From: a virus
Lineage: Duplodnaviria; Heunggongvirae; Uroviricota; Caudoviricetes
Direction: 5' to 3' (one strand)
Virus record (IMG/VR): IMGVR_UViG_2579778745_000003
Location: 1-27,110 of that record
DNA length: 27,110 nt
Positions 9,364 through 17,001 of the stretch are shown in pieces. The notes under the pieces were generated by a model. The model worked only from the letters and a program-made list of their open reading frames with translations. It made no database searches and was not told where the DNA came from. The position numbers and the translations under genes are program-made. The number at the start of each line of letters is the position of its first letter. The first letter of the stretch is position 1.

Positions 9364-9945
9364 ATGGCACCTATTCCTTATGGGGTTTACAGCCAGGCTG
9401 ACGGTGTATCGCCATTTCTGAAAGTTACTTTAACGAACTCTCAGTACCAGGTTACCGGATATATCAGCCAGGGGGCGGCAATGAACATGGCCCAGAATTG
9501 GGAAGCGCCGTTTACCGGTATGTCCATGGGATCTGTTGCTGGTGCCTTCAGTGGTTTTGCGCAGGTTGGTACTGAAACAACGTCGGTTGCCCGTTGGAAC
9601 AGCTTAATGGTTTGGGAAGGGGGAACACCGCCGACTTTCACGCTGCCAGTAACTTTCATCGCTTTGTTTGACCCATTCACGGAGGTTTCAGGAGCTATCG
9701 CCGCATTGTCAGCGATGATTAGCCCGGAACTTAAAGATGCCAGTATTGGTGGTCGAATCCCGGAGCGCGTGACGCTAAACATTGGTCGCCGGATCAACAT
9801 CATTGATGTCGCTATCCAGGACATAAGTTTCGATCTCGATGCGCCCAGGGACAGCAATGGGCATTTCCTGAAAAACACCGTCAACCTCCAGTTGACCGGT
9901 TCTTCGATATATAACAGCTCCGATATTGTTCGGGCGTTCCAGTAA
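9364..9945 (+). CDS. Virion structural / tail morphogenesis protein, 193 aa
   Basis: ORF in late operon with GGAGGAGG RBS; function not recognisable. Confidence 0.5.
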   Translation: MAPIPYGVYSQADGVSPFLKVTLTNSQYQVTGYISQGAAMNMAQNWEAPFTGMSMGSVAGAFSGFAQVGTETTSVARWNSLMVWEGGTPPTFTLPVTFIALFDPFTEVSGAIAALSAMISPELKDASIGGRIPERVTLNIGRRINIIDVAIQDISFDLDAPRDSNGHFLKNTVNLQLTGSSIYNSSDIVRAFQ

Positions 9946-9956
9946 AAGGATTTTAT

Positions 9957-10466
9957 ATGGGGCACAATAACACTAAGGGAAACCGTAAATTTATTAAGGG
10001 CCGCTATACTGCCAACGCGGCCAAAGGCGAACGACTGGTATCTTCTGAATTCCAGCTCACTTTTGCAGGCCATGAAGATATCAGCGTACTGGTTCGCACG
10101 TCGCAAATTCCTGAAATGACCCGCGAGGATGTGGAGGACTATGGTCCGAATGGTGTGAAGTTCAACCAGCACGGACCAATTCGAAACTCTGGGGAAATCC
10201 AGGTCCAGTGCGTGGAGACTATCGAAGGCGATATTCTTCAGTTCATCAAGGATCGCATTGCGGCGAAGGACTATGTTGATATCACGATGGCTGCTACCCC
10301 TGAATCCAAATCTTCCGGGGTTAACGCTGTGACAAAAGCTGCTACAACAATTGAAATGTTGGACTGCAAAATCTACAGTGATGCAATCGACTTTAGTACC
10401 GAAGATGTGACTGCCGCTGTGCGCCCGTCACTTCGTATCGTCTACAACTGGATTGAGTGGGATTAA
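9957..10466 (+). CDS. Virion structural protein, possibly tail-tube-like, 169 aa
   Basis: ORF with AAAGGA RBS; last gene before a strong terminator. Confidence 0.5.
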   Translation: MGHNNTKGNRKFIKGRYTANAAKGERLVSSEFQLTFAGHEDISVLVRTSQIPEMTREDVEDYGPNGVKFNQHGPIRNSGEIQVQCVETIEGDILQFIKDRIAAKDYVDITMAATPESKSSGVNAVTKAATTIEMLDCKIYSDAIDFSTEDVTAAVRPSLRIVYNWIEWD

Positions 10467-10485
10467 GAGTCATCCCTTGTATTTT

Positions 10486-10512
10486 AAAGCTCCTTCGGGA
10501 GCTTTTTTATTT
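10486..10512 (+). terminator. Rho-independent terminator (AAAGCTCC-TTCG-GGAGCTTT followed by TTTTTTATTT)
   Basis: Perfect stem with a tetraloop and a T-tract directly after the stop at 10466. Confidence 0.8.
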
Positions 10513-10582
10513 GGAGAGGAAAGGGTGCATTGAGGATACCTGACACACGAAGAGTGGCGAGGATCTCTCCCCGCCAGGTCTC

Positions 10583-10738
10583 TTACCTTTCAGATTCGTA
10601 GGCTGTGAAGACAGTGACCTCCGTCTGGCCGGTTCGGATTCGTACCTCGCAGAGGTCTTTCCTCGTTACCAGTGCCGTCACAATGACGGTTAAACAGATG
10701 ACGATCAGAGCGATTAACATCGCTTTTTGCTGCTTCAT
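10583..10738 (-). CDS. hok: Hok/Gef-family type I toxin, 51 aa: MKQQKAMLIALIVICLTVIVTALVTRKDLCEVRIRTGQTEVTVFTAYESER
   Basis: Hand translation of the - strand; single TM helix followed by the conserved RKxLCExR...EVxxFxAYE pattern of Hok proteins; not in the ORF track because it is under 60 aa. Confidence 0.85.
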   Translation of the reverse strand: MKQQKAMLIALIVICLTVIVTALVTRKDLCEVRIRTGQTEVTVFTAYESER

Positions 10739-10796
10739 AGCCTGCTTCTCCTTGACCTTTTGGTCGGTAAGAGGCTAATCTACGTATGCTAAGCAT
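10590..10796 (-). CDS. mok: mok-like overlapping reading frame (68 aa) that would couple translation into hok
   Basis: ORF in another frame that starts upstream of hok and overlaps almost all of it, as in R1 hok/mok/sok. Confidence 0.45.
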   Translation of the reverse strand: MLSIRRLASYRPKGQGEAGYEAAKSDVNRSDRHLFNRHCDGTGNEERPLRGTNPNRPDGGHCLHSLRI

Positions 10797-10850
10797 AGAT
10801 ATGGCCTCAGATTAATGTTAAGCGTCTTGCAGGACGCGTAATGTTATCTG
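10780..10850 (+). ncRNA. sok: Putative Sok-like antisense RNA; boundaries approximate
   Basis: Antisense to the mok start and hok leader; TTGACC at 10752 as a possible -35; palindrome TATGCTAAGCATA (10785-10797); hairpin GCGTC-TTGCAG-GACGC (10831-10846). Confidence 0.3.
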
Positions 10851-10919
10851 GGGCTTTCTTCTATCTGCTTTTCGGGTAATGCCTGAAGCAGATAGCCTCA
10901 AGCACCCGCAACGATTGTA

Positions 10920-11165
10920 TCAATGTCTGGCTTTTTTTCTATAGAAATCACCTGGAAGGGTGAATATCCACATCAGAAGAAATGTTGCAGCAAACATGAT
11001 CCCTAATGGCCAGACCGCGCCAAAGAAAATCCATACTAAGATCTCCTCTGCTCGTTCTTTGCGGTCGATATCGACAAGCATTTTTCGGCTGATCATGTAT
11101 ACACAGAAGCCAATACAAACATATCCTGCAAAAGCGATCGCTAACTGTAAAAGATCAGATTGCAT
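10920..11165 (-). CDS. Small membrane protein with two predicted TM helices, 81 aa from ATG 11165 (ORF track starts at 11246, inside repL)
   Basis: Two hydrophobic stretches; GAGG RBS upstream of the internal ATG; sits between repL and hok. Confidence 0.45.
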   Translation of the reverse strand: MQSDLLQLAIAFAGYVCIGFCVYMISRKMLVDIDRKERAEEILVWIFFGAVWPLGIMFAATFLLMWIFTLPGDFYRKKARH

Positions 11166-11215
11166 CTCCGACCTCAAACTGAAAACGCCAGGTGACTCCA
11201 GATTAGAGCAATCTA

Positions 11216-12061
11216 TCACCCTCTGAATCCTGCCGGTATACCCCATTGTTCGTTATCTTTATTTTTGGCTAAAACCGCATTAAGAGCTTCGTTTACCGTC
11301 ATGCAATGCGGCAGATTATCGAAGTTTGATATCCCGCCAATATCAGGAGAACGCTTGTCCTTCAGGTAAGCATATTTCCGCGCTGCCGCCTCTACTTTCT
11401 GCTTGAACTCATGTTTTTGAGCGCGTTTTTTGGATAACCGCAGATTGTCAGCCTTTGCTTTTGCCTCAGCGATCCATGAAGTCAATTTTTTGAGTCTGGT
11501 CGTTCCGGCACCGCCGGAAACTGATCTTTTTATTTTTTTAACTTGTGACTTCTTATTCTTTATTGCCACGTCATCCTGACAGGGGGAGGGGGTATCATTT
11601 TGACATGGGGGTGTGGATAAAAAATTAAATAAAGCCAATGTCTTAGCGAGAACAGCTTTAACCTTGGTTGCCGCTGAAGAGATCTTTAATTTGCTTTCAA
11701 TCAGCGCATTTTTGGCTTGTTGTGCGAAGGCCAAAAAGGATGGTGTAAACCGGTACAGGTTAGCGCGACGTTCACGGTGATCGCCGATAACAATCTCTAC
11801 AGACAGAATTCCTTTGTTTACAGCTTCACGGAATGCACGAACGACGGTTGATTGGCTATAACCAGTTTCTGCCGCGATCAGGCGGTGAGGCTTGTGAATG
11901 AAGTATTCACTAGTTGTTGCCGCGAGATTTGCACATTGCGACAGGATATGCCCGGCGCTACGGGATAGACCGGAGTGTGTTACAAAGCAGGCCAATTCAT
12001 AGCCAGAAAAAGTAAAATCGCTCATCGTTATACAGCTCAGGAAAGTGACTTTAGCCAGCAT
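11216..12061 (-). CDS. repL: L-replicon (lytic) replication protein RepL candidate, 281 aa
   Basis: Directly downstream of kilA on the same strand, as in the P1 kilA-repL operon; the 281-aa length matches my recollection of P1 RepL. Confidence 0.6.
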   Translation of the reverse strand: MLAKVTFLSCITMSDFTFSGYELACFVTHSGLSRSAGHILSQCANLAATTSEYFIHKPHRLIAAETGYSQSTVVRAFREAVNKGILSVEIVIGDHRERRANLYRFTPSFLAFAQQAKNALIESKLKISSAATKVKAVLAKTLALFNFLSTPPCQNDTPSPCQDDVAIKNKKSQVKKIKRSVSGGAGTTRLKKLTSWIAEAKAKADNLRLSKKRAQKHEFKQKVEAAARKYAYLKDKRSPDIGGISNFDNLPHCMTVNEALNAVLAKNKDNEQWGIPAGFRG

Positions 12062-12090
12062 TACAATGCTGGTGGTTCTTACTACGTCTG

Positions 12091-12891
12091 TTAGCGCGTT
12101 GCCGCGACAGGTACCAGCACACCAGCATCAAGCAATCGCTTCATCAGCCACTGCTGACCTTTGCCGGTTATACGAGTCGTGAAAGAAATCCTGCTTCCAT
12201 TGCTTGTATCGATCACGGTTTCTTTAAGGGTGAAATACCCACGGGATATGTATTCTTGTTTGGGGACGTTCCTGCGTTCACCGGTTGCGATCAGAATTCC
12301 GTTATCACGCAACCAGGTGAAGAGATAGTTTTGGCCCAGGCCGAGCACTTTGGCATAGTTGCCGATTAGAACTCCGCTGGCGGTAGCAACGCGTTCGGCG
12401 AATTCGACTTTAGGTGCATCCATAAGCATTTTTTGCTCCAGCCGTTGCTTTTGCTCTGCCAGGTCGGCAGCCAAACGGAGAGCTTCAGGGAGACTCTGCG
12501 GAATAGCAGGTTGTAATCTTCCGGCTCGATAGTCGATAAATGTCTGGTTTACCTTCAGCCGAAACGCGGGAGAAATCCAGCCTGCGTACTCCACAGCGAG
12601 CAATTCATGGGCAAAAGTGCCGCCGCCACGGCCTTCGAAAGAAACTATGCAATTCTGCATAGTTTCTTTTTCAAGCTCTTCGATGAGCTGTTTGGCTGAC
12701 AGCGTTCTTAGCCATTGAGCTGGCGCTTTATGGGCACCGAGTCCGCTCGCTCTGTGTAGAGCATTAAGGTTGTAACGGCCAGCGCGGTCGGTCGTAATTT
12801 CAACACCACAAATAACAGGCAGAGTGGTTGAAGGATCGACATTTTGATGAAGGTTTGATATATTCATATCCGCATTGAATGTTTGTTGCAT
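12091..12891 (-). CDS. kilA: KilA: N-terminal KilA-N domain plus C-terminal KilAC (antirepressor-type) domain, 266 aa
   Basis: Domain pattern read from the translation; GGAGA RBS; C1 operator upstream; synteny with repL. Confidence 0.8.
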   Translation of the reverse strand: MQQTFNADMNISNLHQNVDPSTTLPVICGVEITTDRAGRYNLNALHRASGLGAHKAPAQWLRTLSAKQLIEELEKETMQNCIVSFEGRGGGTFAHELLAVEYAGWISPAFRLKVNQTFIDYRAGRLQPAIPQSLPEALRLAADLAEQKQRLEQKMLMDAPKVEFAERVATASGVLIGNYAKVLGLGQNYLFTWLRDNGILIATGERRNVPKQEYISRGYFTLKETVIDTSNGSRISFTTRITGKGQQWLMKRLLDAGVLVPVAATR

Positions 12892-12960
12892 TTTTTCTCC
12901 AAATTTGCATCAACCTTCAATCACCAGCTCGAAATGGTGATTCTTTGCACTTAGAAAACG

Positions 12961-12977
12961 AAATTTATTAGAGCAAA
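12961..12977 (-). promoter_or_regulatory. C1 repressor operator Op53-like: TTTGCTCTAATAAATTT on the - strand, 16 of 17 matches to ATTGCTCTAATAAATTT
   Basis: 17-mer read directly, about 70 bp upstream of kilA; the C1 operator consensus is from memory. Confidence 0.75.
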
Positions 12978-13022
12978 TTTTTCTGGCCCGATCCAGATCG
13001 GGTTGGTCGATCTGCTCAGAAA

Positions 13023-13048
13023 CCTGCCAGTTTGCTGGCAGGTTTTTT
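13023..13048. terminator. Hairpin CCTGCCAG-TTTG-CTGGCAGG just downstream of ant; T-tract strong on +, weaker on -
   Basis: Perfect 8-bp stem; next to a GATC-rich palindrome CCCGATC-CA-GATCGGG (12987-13002). Confidence 0.45.
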
Positions 13049-13054
13049 CTTTTG

Positions 13055-14098
13055 TTAACCTATTGCTACTGGTTTTAACAAACCAGCATCAAGTAGCTTG
13101 CGAGTTAACCACTGCTGGCCTTTACCCGTTAATTGGGGCGTCAGCCGTATCTGGTAGCCATTTTCATCATCCAGCACCACTTCTTTCACCGTGAAATATC
13201 CGGCGTTGATGTACTGCTGGCGCGGTACGTTTTTGCGCGCACCAAAAGCCATGAGAATGCCGTTCTGGCGCAACCATGAGAAAAGGGCGTTTTGCTTAAG
13301 TCCAACGACCTTTGCAAAGTTCCCGATCAGGATTCCATTAGCCGCTGATACCCGGTCGGCAAAATCGACTTTAGGGGCTGCGGCCACCAGCTGTTGTTCC
13401 AACTGCATTTTCTGTTCTGCCAACTCGGCAGCCAGGCGTAGAGCTTCTGGTAATGTTTGGGGGATCGATGGGGTAGGTGAGTTTGCCTGCTGCAATTCTT
13501 CCAGTTTGTCGATCAGCGAACGGCGGACCGCTTTCGATTCGCGCGCGGCGACTCGCAGGGCTTGTTTGTAGGTCATGGTTATGACAACCATAGGCGTACC
13601 GCCACCTGGCGGCACGGTTGCACTTTTTGTGTAACCGTCCTCACCTTCTAATTCGTCGAGTATTTTTTCGATGAATTTGTTGTTCCGAACCTCTGGTTCC
13701 CCACATAACTTACGCGCTTCATTGACCATCTTTAACAGTGTCAGGCTGTCGATTGTGTCTCCGGTGGTGGGGATGACATTCACGGCTGGTGCTGACGTTG
13801 CTGAAGCAACAGGTGCTGGTTTTTTAACATTCAAATTATTACTGGTCATTCTATGTGCCTCCTTTCTCATTTCTGCTGCCACCGTTGCGTAACGTAGACG
13901 TCCTTGTTCAATCAAATAATCCCTGATCTCGGCTATCAGTAGCCTGTTGATCACAGCCTTATCTGTTCGGGTATAAAAACGCCTGGTTATCATGAAATAG
14001 TTGGCAATTGCGCCGGGGATCTCCCGTGTCGGCATACAGGCAGTATGCAGGGCGATCGCTTCGGCTATTTCATTACGGGTGACGAGAGGTTTTTTCAT
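13055..14098 (-). CDS. ant1: Antirepressor Ant (Ant1; Ant2 would be an internal in-frame start), 347 aa, with C-terminal KilAC domain
   Basis: C-terminal 150 aa clearly paralogous to KilA's; AGGGGG RBS; start overlaps the icd stop (ATGA); immI gene order. Confidence 0.8.
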   Translation of the reverse strand: MKKPLVTRNEIAEAIALHTACMPTREIPGAIANYFMITRRFYTRTDKAVINRLLIAEIRDYLIEQGRLRYATVAAEMRKEAHRMTSNNLNVKKPAPVASATSAPAVNVIPTTGDTIDSLTLLKMVNEARKLCGEPEVRNNKFIEKILDELEGEDGYTKSATVPPGGGTPMVVITMTYKQALRVAARESKAVRRSLIDKLEELQQANSPTPSIPQTLPEALRLAAELAEQKMQLEQQLVAAAPKVDFADRVSAANGILIGNFAKVVGLKQNALFSWLRQNGILMAFGARKNVPRQQYINAGYFTVKEVVLDDENGYQIRLTPQLTGKGQQWLTRKLLDAGLLKPVAIG

Positions 14099-14316
14099 AA
14101 AACCCCCTGAACGTCAGCAGAGAAGGGGAGGTTCCAGTAACTAAGTGAATTGCGCGAGTTAGTAGAAAAACGGGCAGTAAAAATGCAGGGACCATCAGGC
14201 AATTGAGAGCGTGCTTCGTCTTCAGTTGCTGCGATAACGAAGTGATAGTGGTGTTTTTTACAGGAATAGAAACGCCAGATGAATTCTGGGCGTGCGCAAG
14301 GATTGGCATTAACCAT
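14095..14316 (-). CDS. icd: Icd-like small protein (interference with cell division), 73 aa, translationally coupled to ant
   Basis: 73-aa ORF whose stop overlaps the ant start, with GAGG RBS; matches the P1 c4-icd-ant layout. Confidence 0.6.
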   Translation of the reverse strand: MVNANPCARPEFIWRFYSCKKHHYHFVIAATEDEARSQLPDGPCIFTARFSTNSRNSLSYWNLPFSADVQGVL

Positions 14317-14349
14317 AGTTACGGCCTCACAATCAGGTTTAACAACCTG

Positions 14350-14560
14350 CTACCCGCTGCTAAACAGGTGGCAGGACGTGACGGGGTTAGCAGACTGGCG
14401 ATTGTGAAACCAGCAGGCCGAAGCCTCCCCATCACGCCCCACCATAATTTGGGCGTAACGCGGTTTTACGGACACAAAAATACCGCAATATCGGATATCT
14501 GCGGCTGTCCGCACAATCATTCAGGCTGCTAAACCCGGTCGCAGAATTTGCTACGACGGC
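14350..14560 (-). ncRNA. c4: c4-type antisense RNA and its target region; exact ends not resolved
   Basis: Between Op51 and icd; GCTGCTAAAC occurs twice on + (14356, 14527) with its complement GTTAGCAG at 14387, as expected for antisense/target elements. Confidence 0.4.
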
Positions 14561-14630
14561 GGAACTATAAGCCTGAACGATTAAAAGGTCAATATGATGC
14601 GAAAAGATAGCATTCGTGACTTAAAAATAC

Positions 14631-14647
14631 AAATTTATTAGAGCATT
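14631..14647 (-). promoter_or_regulatory. C1 repressor operator Op51-like: AATGCTCTAATAAATTT on the - strand, 16 of 17 matches
   Basis: 17-mer read directly at the head of the c4-icd-ant unit. Confidence 0.75.
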
Positions 14648-14743
14648 GTTTGTTTAATAAACGCACAATTGGATCTAATAACCTCTTTTTTTTAAAGGCG
14701 AAAATATGTACCCTAAATGAGTTATAAGGCAGGCGAGGTTATA

Positions 14744-15235
14744 ATGAGAAAACTATTACTACCGTTATTATTTATGGCTGGGACTGTTAATGCAGCATCA
14801 AGCGTAAAGGAGATTTGTACCGATTATACGAAATACCTTGGGCACGTTTACGGATTTGCTGTCAGTGAAGACGAATCCATGCGCAAGAAGTTACTGTCAG
14901 ATATGAAGCGCCTTAAACTTTCTGAAGCGATGGTGCAGCAGGAACTGTATAAAGTCTCAACCAACGCAAATGCTAAATACCAATATTCTCGCCTATTAAA
15001 CCCCGATGCAAATGAGATCAATCGAAGCACTTTCGATTATATGGTAAAGGCATGCGAAACCGCTCCTGATTTTGCTATCCCTAGCTGGGGTGTGCTGGTG
15101 GCGAGCAATGCCGTTAATAAAGAAGATGTTGGAAGAAATGGCATTGACTCAATCAGAAATGCCCCAGGAATGCGCCATCAAAACGTGCAGGGTACGCTTG
15201 AAGAACGAGCCAGGGGGCCGGGTGTAGCTCCATAA
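14744..15235 (+). CDS. Secreted protein of unknown function, 163 aa from ATG 14744 (ORF track start 14717); C-terminus carries a motif shared with Sit
   Basis: Signal peptide MRKLLLPLLFMAGTVNA-AS; GAGG RBS 6 nt upstream of 14744; AT-rich codon usage. Confidence 0.7.
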   Translation: MRKLLLPLLFMAGTVNAASSVKEICTDYTKYLGHVYGFAVSEDESMRKKLLSDMKRLKLSEAMVQQELYKVSTNANAKYQYSRLLNPDANEINRSTFDYMVKACETAPDFAIPSWGVLVASNAVNKEDVGRNGIDSIRNAPGMRHQNVQGTLEERARGPGVAP

Positions 15236-15323
15236 TTTAATGAATAATATTAAATTCTCTGGGCATAGTGGATCTAACAATATGGACTATGCCTATAATA
15301 TCTAAAACAAAAAGGATAAAAAT

Positions 15324-15830
15324 ATGAAATTATATAAGTCATTGTATAGCTTTTTATTAATGTCCTCTTTTCTGCCATTATCAGCAATGGCAGGTTCTAC
15401 CGTTTGGACGGTAGGAGGTGAGCAAGGGTGGAGAGAAATCTCTGCAACCAATGACGATGGTTATACAATTAACTTTTCTTGTGATGCTGGAGCAAGGGAA
15501 GGTTCCGAAGATCATATAGCTGGAAGAAATTTGTATGTAAGTGGAGGGAAAGAGAATGCTGATTTTTCTACACGCGACACAATTTCTCGTAAAGCTGATG
15601 TAATTACCTTAATTGTTGGTCCGGATAGCTTTAATATTGGTACGCAAAACACTGCTCCAAATCGTAGGGAATGGTATTCTTTTTGGAAGTCAGCGTCAGC
15701 CACAAAAGAAAAAAACATGGATGTATATATCGGATCGCGTCGAATTACATCATTCTCTCTTGATGGAATTTCAAGTATTTACAAGGAAGCTAAAAATGAT
15801 GGATGTTTAAAGCAAGATGACGGTGAATAA
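15324..15830 (+). CDS. Secreted protein with two Cys, unknown function, 168 aa
   Basis: Signal peptide MKLYKSLYSFLLMSSFLPLSAMA-GS; AAGGA RBS. Confidence 0.7.
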   Translation: MKLYKSLYSFLLMSSFLPLSAMAGSTVWTVGGEQGWREISATNDDGYTINFSCDAGAREGSEDHIAGRNLYVSGGKENADFSTRDTISRKADVITLIVGPDSFNIGTQNTAPNRREWYSFWKSASATKEKNMDVYIGSRRITSFSLDGISSIYKEAKNDGCLKQDDGE

Positions 15831-17001
15831 AGTGAAGGATATTAAAAAACTTGCACTTGGCTCAGTAAGCGATCTCTATAATAGAGATTCAAATATTACC
15901 TGGCGTGATAATTTAAGTAAAATCAAAATCGCAGGATATACATCGGCAAGTGATTTATTAAAATCAGAATATGCTTCTAATAATTTGGTTAGACAGTTGG
16001 CAGAACTGCAAAAAAACGCAATCATTCCATCGTATAGAGAACATATGGCAAACTTGCAAGAACAGTTAAGAATAGGGCGGCTAGCTCAAGAACAAATAGC
16101 AAGATTGAATTTGCAATCGTTACTTAGTGATTCTGTTAAAAAACAGCTTGCGAACATGACGAGCTTGAGAAGAATAAATAGCAAGCATCGTGAATTTCTT
16201 GAAATTCTACAGAAACAGGCCAAGGTTTATCCCCCGCATGATGCAAATAAATACATTCAAATGCTAAGGAAGCAGGCAGAAATTGCTATGCCGTTACGAA
16301 ACCAGTTCGAGATGCTTAATAAGCAAGCTGGTTTAAATAACATGCAAGCAATACTTAATGAATTGCGACAAAATGTAAGTCATAAGATAGATTTAAACAA
16401 TGAAATAAAAGAATCATTAAAACAATATACCCTAGCGCAAAAGGCTTCATTACATCAAATAATGGAGCAAAGTCTTTCATCAATTGCACAGGCTTATGTC
16501 GAAGGTGCTATTGAAACATCTCACAACGAAAGTGATGTTCAAGACAAAGGATTAAATAAATCCAGTTCGACGTTCATTGATTCATTTAAGTCGCTCCCTC
16601 ACCCGCTTCAGTTTATTATTATGTGGCTTTTAACAGAAGTGGTGCTTGGCGCTATTGCTGATTATGCAAAAGAACAAATCTTATCGCAAATACACAAGAC
16701 AGAATCATATTCTGTATCCCTATATGAGGATGCACCAATATCAAAACAAAAATTAATTAAAGAAAACACAGAAATTAAGTGGGAAGATCTCAATGGTTTT
16801 AGGTTTATAACTGGTGATAACGTAAGATTACATGTCAGTCCTTCTTTAAATAGTGAAGTGATTGAATGCATTGGCAAAAACACAATTGTTGCTATTTTAG
16901 ATAAGAAAGATCGTCAATGGCTTTACGTGCAGGTTAAATCAGGGGATGAGTTTATTACTGGTTGGATTACACGAACATACACAAAGCCTCTTAAGGCTTG
17001 A
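15817..17001 (+). CDS. Coiled-coil protein with one hydrophobic segment and a C-terminal bacterial SH3 (SH3b)-like domain, 394 aa
   Basis: Repeated LxKQA heptad-like segments; hydrophobic LQFIIMWLLTEVVLGAIA; C-terminus ...GWITRTY resembles SH3b; overlaps the previous gene by 14 nt. Confidence 0.65.
   Translation: MTVNKVKDIKKLALGSVSDLYNRDSNITWRDNLSKIKIAGYTSASDLLKSEYASNNLVRQLAELQKNAIIPSYREHMANLQEQLRIGRLAQEQIARLNLQSLLSDSVKKQLANMTSLRRINSKHREFLEILQKQAKVYPPHDANKYIQMLRKQAEIAMPLRNQFEMLNKQAGLNNMQAILNELRQNVSHKIDLNNEIKESLKQYTLAQKASLHQIMEQSLSSIAQAYVEGAIETSHNESDVQDKGLNKSSSTFIDSFKSLPHPLQFIIMWLLTEVVLGAIADYAKEQILSQIHKTESYSVSLYEDAPISKQKLIKENTEIKWEDLNGFRFITGDNVRLHVSPSLNSEVIECIGKNTIVAILDKKDRQWLYVQVKSGDEFITGWITRTYTKPLKA

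Noticed and set aside
9441-10172. Long - strand ORF of 243 aa
   Set aside because: Antisense across two well-supported + strand late genes; its translation looks like shadow-frame sequence.
11202-11212. Partial match to the C1 operator core (ATTAGAGCAAT) near the 3' end of repL
   Set aside because: Only 11 of 17 positions match and it lies inside coding sequence; not called as an operator.
14203-14532. ORF of 109 aa on the + strand, and the overlapping - strand 78-aa frame at 14073-14309
   Set aside because: Both overlap the icd / c4 antisense-RNA region, which is better explained as icd plus a non-coding RNA.
14717-14743. ORF-track start of the first cassette gene at ATG 14717
   Set aside because: The signal peptide begins at the Met encoded at 14744, which has a GAGG RBS; the upstream nine codons are probably not translated.
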